Assembly: GCA_965222995.1 (NCBI GenBank)
Contig: OZ244977.1
Span: 905,083-969,082 of the forward strand
Direction of reading: 5' to 3'
From: Bacteroidia bacterium
Lineage (GTDB): Bacteria; Bacteroidota; Bacteroidia; UBA8524
DNA length: 64,000 bases
Shown here: positions 59,968 through 64,000 of the stretch, in pieces
Layout of the letters: every line of letters starts with the position of its first letter
Position numbering within the stretch: the first letter of the stretch is position 1
Notes under the pieces: model-generated
Seen by the model: only the letters and a program-made list of their open reading frames with translations
Database searches by the model: none
Told to the model about the DNA's origin: nothing
Made by a program: the position numbers and the translations under genes

Positions 59968-60879
59968 TTATTTCTTTACAGATTTGGTGGTAATAACCGA
60001 AGAAATTTCTAGAGGAGTAGTTTTATCTCCAACTTTCATATTACCTTTTAGTTTTTGGTTTAAAGTAGATTTTGTGGCTAAACCGGTATTGGTATCAATT
60101 TCCATTGAGCCACTTTGTGACCCACTCATAGAAAGCCCTTGTTGTGATTTGTCCATTTTTATTTCAGAGGCTATATCTACTTTGGCTGTTTCCCCTTTAA
60201 CTTCTTTAAGCGTATAGTTGTTATCTATATGCAAATTAAAGTTCATAACGCTTTTGTCAGTACTTCTTTTCCAAGATGAACCAATAGCTACTTTTTCTTT
60301 TGGTAAAACATTAAAAGACTCATCAAAAGATTTTTTCACTTGTTCATTGGTAAACTGTTGCTTCAAACCTGCAATAGCGGCATCACCACCGGGCATATCT
60401 GCAATACCTGAATTTTTTACAATACCTTGTAAAATTTCATCCATCCCTTCAACAGCAGTTACACCACCTTGCTCATTAAACTTTACGTAGATTTTTTTGC
60501 CAATTAACTCACTAAACATTTTGGCAAACATTAGAGAAGCTATATTGCTACTGTCAACTTCCTTTTCAGAATCATAGCCAATATCTGCCATGGCACTTTT
60601 GGTTATAAACTTTACCTTGTCATAAGTAATGGCCATACCTATGTTGTTGTTGGCATCTTTCTCACTCACCTCAAAAGTGTAAGTAAAGCCAATAATATTT
60701 TTAGCCTTGCCCATTTCACCAATTTCTGGCATATTAATATCCTGTAAAATTTCGCTGGTTATCGTATACGAACTTTTTTCAGGTGGGGTAAACTTTAGCG
60801 AAATCTTTTCCTGTGCATTTATCCCTATGAAGTTTAGTAGGAATAGGCTTATAAATAGTGTTGATATATATTTTTTCAT
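59968..60879 (-). CDS. Secreted hypothetical protein, paralog A of a tandem pair
   Basis: Signal peptide. Alignable to the upstream neighbour (e.g. FTNEQVKKSFDESFNVLPKEKVAIGSSW vs FSDEQFKKNFGESFNILPSKEVKVGDTW). Confidence 0.6.
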   Translation of the reverse strand: MKKYISTLFISLFLLNFIGINAQEKISLKFTPPEKSSYTITSEILQDINMPEIGEMGKAKNIIGFTYTFEVSEKDANNNIGMAITYDKVKFITKSAMADIGYDSEKEVDSSNIASLMFAKMFSELIGKKIYVKFNEQGGVTAVEGMDEILQGIVKNSGIADMPGGDAAIAGLKQQFTNEQVKKSFDESFNVLPKEKVAIGSSWKRSTDKSVMNFNLHIDNNYTLKEVKGETAKVDIASEIKMDKSQQGLSMSGSQSGSMEIDTNTGLATKSTLNQKLKGNMKVGDKTTPLEISSVITTKSVKK

Positions 60880-60898
60880 AATGATAAGTATTATATAA

Positions 60899-61831
60899 TT
60901 AGTTAATTTCTTTTGAAGTCATTTTAACGTTACCTTCAATTTTCATAGGTATTTCTTGCCCCATCATTTTTTGTGTAGCACTTATGTTTTGTTTAATGTT
61001 GCTCTCTATAGTCATACCTGTATTAATATCTATTTTAAGGCTTCCGTTTTGCGAACCGTCCATTTTCATTTTAACATCATTTTCGTCATTTTCATTTCCT
61101 AAGTTAAAATCTGAAACAAGGTCAACAATGGCTAAATCGCCCTTAATTTCTTTCAAAGTGTAAGTGTTTTTGGTTTTCATCTCAAATCCCATCATATTGT
61201 TGTTATTGTCAATAGCCCATGTGTCACCTACTTTTACTTCCTTACTAGGTAAAATATTAAAAGATTCTCCAAAATTCTTTTTAAACTGTTCATCAGAAAA
61301 CTGGTTCCTGAAACCTGCTACAGCTTGCATACCGCCGGGTACTGTATCCAAGCCCATATTTTTAATCATATTGTTAAATATGGCTTCCATACCTTTTAGC
61401 TCAGTAACCTCACCGTTTTTGTTAACAGTCATAGAGAAACTTTGACCAATCATACCCCCGAAAATTTTCCCTATCATAGCACTAGCCATGTCGTTTGATT
61501 CAGTTTTAGAGTCAGAACTGTAACTTATATTTCCTTGAGGGCTTTTAGTATCAAAGCCCATTTTTTTAAAGGTGGTTAAAATTATAAAATTACCATCGCT
61601 ATCTTTTTCCTTTATAAGCAAATCATAATTCATAACAACAGTATTTTGCATATCTCCCATTGCACCCATACTCATATCCTGCTCGTAATTCATGGATACT
61701 TCATATTTTTTAGATACCTCTGGTGAGAACTTTAGGGTTAAAGCTTCTTCGGATTTACAAGCATTAAAAACAATGGCAAGTGAAACAAAGAAGAAAAGAA
61801 TTTTAGCAACAGCGAGTTTTTTCATTAACAT
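60899..61831 (-). CDS. Secreted/lipoprotein hypothetical protein, paralog B of the tandem pair
   Basis: Signal peptide ending ...VFNACKSEE (lipobox-like). Same architecture as paralog A. Confidence 0.6.
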   Translation of the reverse strand: MLMKKLAVAKILFFFVSLAIVFNACKSEEALTLKFSPEVSKKYEVSMNYEQDMSMGAMGDMQNTVVMNYDLLIKEKDSDGNFIILTTFKKMGFDTKSPQGNISYSSDSKTESNDMASAMIGKIFGGMIGQSFSMTVNKNGEVTELKGMEAIFNNMIKNMGLDTVPGGMQAVAGFRNQFSDEQFKKNFGESFNILPSKEVKVGDTWAIDNNNNMMGFEMKTKNTYTLKEIKGDLAIVDLVSDFNLGNENDENDVKMKMDGSQNGSLKIDINTGMTIESNIKQNISATQKMMGQEIPMKIEGNVKMTSKEIN

Positions 61832-61982
61832 ACAAATTTTTACGAAAGTATGTATTTATACAGTATACCCTGTAAACTCATCGCTAAAAATATTTGATAT
61901 ATCGGCAAAACAGCTTAAACAGATGGTTGTGATAAACTTTTGGCATAGTATCTTTGTTGTTTAGATTGAATTTAAACAAGAA

Positions 61983-62312
61983 ATGGGGAAAATTACATTC
62001 AAATTTGAGGAGAAAGGGCATGAGCCACAAACCTTTGAGATGGAAGAAGGTGAAACTATATTAGAGGTAGCTTTGGATAATGACGTAGAGTTACAGCATA
62101 ACTGCGGAGGAGTATGTGCTTGCAGTACCTGCCACATATATGTAGAGAAAGGCATGGACAACTTACGTGAGATTACGGATAAAGAAGAAGACTTTATTGA
62201 TAGGGCGGTTAGTCCGCAACTAAACTCGCGTTTATCTTGCCAATGTGAGTTGGAAGAAGACGGAGAAATAGAAATTTTAGTGCCCGACCAAAGCCAGTTT
62301 ATGGGACACTAG
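61983..62312 (+). CDS. fdx: 2Fe-2S ferredoxin (adrenodoxin/ISC Fdx type)
   Basis: Cys ligands CGGVCACSTCH ... C (LSCQC). Confidence 0.85.
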   Translation: MGKITFKFEEKGHEPQTFEMEEGETILEVALDNDVELQHNCGGVCACSTCHIYVEKGMDNLREITDKEEDFIDRAVSPQLNSRLSCQCELEEDGEIEILVPDQSQFMGH

Positions 62313-62361
62313 TTATTTATGATTTTTTGACTTGTTGATTTACTGATTAAAAGAGAACACA

Positions 62362-62601
62362 ATGACTAATAATTTTGAACTACCTATTGAGTGGACTGAT
62401 TTTGAAGATATAGCCATGGCTTTATACGAGCGTTTTGGCGATGACTTTGACGAGGGAAAAATATACCGCATTCGCTTTACCGATTTGATTGAATGGGTAT
62501 TGGAAATACCTAACTTTAAAGGCAAACGCGAAGAATGCAACGAAGGCTACCTTGAAATGATTCAAAGCCAATGGGTATACGAGTGGCGTGATAACCAATA
62601 A
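62362..62601 (+). CDS. iscX: Fe-S cluster assembly protein IscX (YfhJ family)
   Basis: 79 aa acidic protein. WTDFEDIAMALYERF...YRIRFTDL matches the IscX fold family. Confidence 0.7.
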   Translation: MTNNFELPIEWTDFEDIAMALYERFGDDFDEGKIYRIRFTDLIEWVLEIPNFKGKREECNEGYLEMIQSQWVYEWRDNQ

Positions 62602-62619
62602 AACACCTTACTAATAACT

Positions 62620-62650
62620 AAAAGCCCGATAGCAAGCTATCGGGCTTTTT
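62620..62650. terminator. Bidirectional terminator (agcccgatagc/gctatcgggct)
   Basis: 11-bp stem, A4 before and T5 after. Lies between convergent iscX and fbp. Confidence 0.7.
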
Positions 62651-62677
62651 ATATTATATGCTATGTGTATATGCTAA

Positions 62678-63706
62678 TTAAGCACTGGTTTCGTTAGCGT
62701 ATTTCGCCATAAACTCTTCGGCTTTTTTCACCATGTTTTCACTACCCACAAAAATAGGTACGCGTTGGTGTAGTTCTGTAGGTTGTAAATCTAAAATTCG
62801 TTGTGAGCCTGTAGTTGCACGTCCGCCTGCTTGCTCGGCTATAAATGACATCGGGTTGCACTCATACAACAATCTTAGTTTACCGTTAGGGGCACTACCC
62901 GTAGCAGGATAAATAAAAACACCACCCTTAAGCATATTGCGATGAAAATCTGCTACCATACTACCAATATAACGCGCTCCATAAGGGCGTTTAGTCTCTT
63001 TATCTTCTGCCTTGCAGTAATCTATATAATCTTTAACTCCTTGTGGGAATTTAGAGTAGTTCCCCTCGTTTAAAGAGTAGGTTTTACCATCTTTAGGTAT
63101 TTGTATATCAGGATGCGATAAACAAAACTCACCGATAGAAGGGTCAAGCGTGAAACCGTTTACCCCTTTGCCTGTAGTAAAAACCAACATAGTACTACTA
63201 CCATACAACACATAACCTGCTGCTACCTGTTGGTTACCGGGCTGCAAAGCATCTTTCACACTACATTCACCATCAGGAGAAACACGTTTATATACAGAAA
63301 ATATAGTACCTATAGAAACATTTACATCAATATTTGAAGAGCCGTCAAGAGGGTCCATAGTTACCACATATTTTCCTTGGTGGTTGTTATCAGCATGCAG
63401 GTATACCACATCATCATCTTCTTCACTGGCAACCATACAAACTTCACCCCCTTTTTTCATGCAATCCATAAAAAGGTTATTTGCCAATACATCTAGCTTC
63501 TGTTGTTGCTCGCCTTGTATATTCTCGTTTCCTGCTACACCAATAATTCCTGCAATTCCTGCTTTTCTTACTTCGCGGCTAATGGTTTTGGCAGCTATGC
63601 CAATATCAGCCATTAAACGGGTAAACTCACCCTTAGCAAAAGGGAAATCTTTTTGGCGGTTAATAATAAACTGACCTAGCGTGGTAACTGAACCTATTGA
63701 AGACAT
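62678..63706 (-). CDS. fbp: Fructose-1,6-bisphosphatase class 1
   Basis: FBPase signatures ([27 protein letters not shown]). The ATG at 63706 ([14 protein letters not shown]) is preferred over 63799. Confidence 0.9.
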   Translation of the reverse strand: MSSIGSVTTLGQFIINRQKDFPFAKGEFTRLMADIGIAAKTISREVRKAGIAGIIGVAGNENIQGEQQQKLDVLANNLFMDCMKKGGEVCMVASEEDDDVVYLHADNNHQGKYVVTMDPLDGSSNIDVNVSIGTIFSVYKRVSPDGECSVKDALQPGNQQVAAGYVLYGSSTMLVFTTGKGVNGFTLDPSIGEFCLSHPDIQIPKDGKTYSLNEGNYSKFPQGVKDYIDYCKAEDKETKRPYGARYIGSMVADFHRNMLKGGVFIYPATGSAPNGKLRLLYECNPMSFIAEQAGGRATTGSQRILDLQPTELHQRVPIFVGSENMVKKAEEFMAKYANETSA

Positions 63707-63846
63707 ATTTAGAGGTATTTTTGTTAAAATCGGGGCAAAAGTAAGGGTTTTAAAATCATTAATAAATAGCAGATACAAAGCTAAAGTTTGAAAATACATT
63801 TAATGCAGCGATTTTTGCAGGTTTATAAGTAAGATAAAAAGCAACC

Positions 63847-64000
63847 ATGCGTGTTTTTAAATTTGGAGGAGCATCTGTAAAAGATGCTGTAGCAGTAAGA
63901 AATGTAGCTAATATTTTAGAGCGTTTCCGTGATGAGAAATTATTGATTATAGTATCTGCAATGGGCAAAACCACTAATGCTTTAGAGCAATTGGCAGCAG
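63847..64000 (+). CDS. Aspartate kinase, N-terminal fragment (3'-partial at the window edge)
   Basis: MRVFKFGGASVKDAV...LIIVSAMGKTTNAL is the canonical amino-acid-kinase N-terminus. Confidence 0.75.
   Translation, partial: MRVFKFGGASVKDAVAVRNVANILERFRDEKLLIIVSAMGKTTNALEQLAA

Noticed and set aside
1-64000. Mobile elements, integrases, transposases, prophage, CRISPR, rRNA/tRNA genes
   Set aside because: I scanned the intergenic regions and the ORF translations. No transposase or integrase motifs (DDE, tyrosine recombinase R-H-R-Y), no identical direct-repeat arrays, and no cloverleaf-like tRNA candidates were seen. The window appears to be core chromosome.

Overview
AT-rich chromosomal segment with clear Bacteroidota (Flavobacteriia/Cytophagia-like) character: CarboxypepD_reg/STN-type TonB-dependent receptors, an ECF sigma/FecR pair, a DUF4249 partner, a T9SS C-terminal sorting domain, and almost no Shine-Dalgarno sequences. 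I support about 60 coding regions, mostly housekeeping and envelope functions. Housekeeping: alanine dehydrogenase (5'-partial), a split B12-dependent methionine synthase, M1 aminopeptidase, CinA, GcvP, TrmB, FumC, RecF, trigger factor, Aat, Fdx-IscX, FBPase, aspartokinase (3'-partial). Envelope: four TonB-dependent receptors. Two cis-regulatory RNAs are recognisable by eye: a SAM-I riboswitch upstream of the split metH pair, and a cobalamin riboswitch upstream of a BtuB-like receptor plus a BtuG-like beta-propeller lipoprotein. I found no rRNA, tRNA, CRISPR array, transposase or integrase, and no canonical defence island. The most unusual loci are: (i) an ECF-sigma/FecR/STN-TBDR/DUF4249 cluster that also encodes a tiny, very acidic, Cys-rich lipopeptide and a lipocalin-like lipoprotein; (ii) a TonB-dependent receptor apparently co-transcribed with a LytS-type kinase and LytTR regulator; (iii) cinA followed by an HTH-S24 (LexA-like) regulator, which is convergent with a 1217-aa TraB/GumN protein carrying Tyr/Asp/Arg-rich low-complexity tails; (iv) a trigger factor with a His-rich C-terminal tail; (v) a tandem pair of diverged secreted paralogs; (vi) several conspicuous inverted-repeat or operator-like DNA motifs in divergent promoters. 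All calls rest on reading the ORF translations and the DNA by eye. No database search was run.
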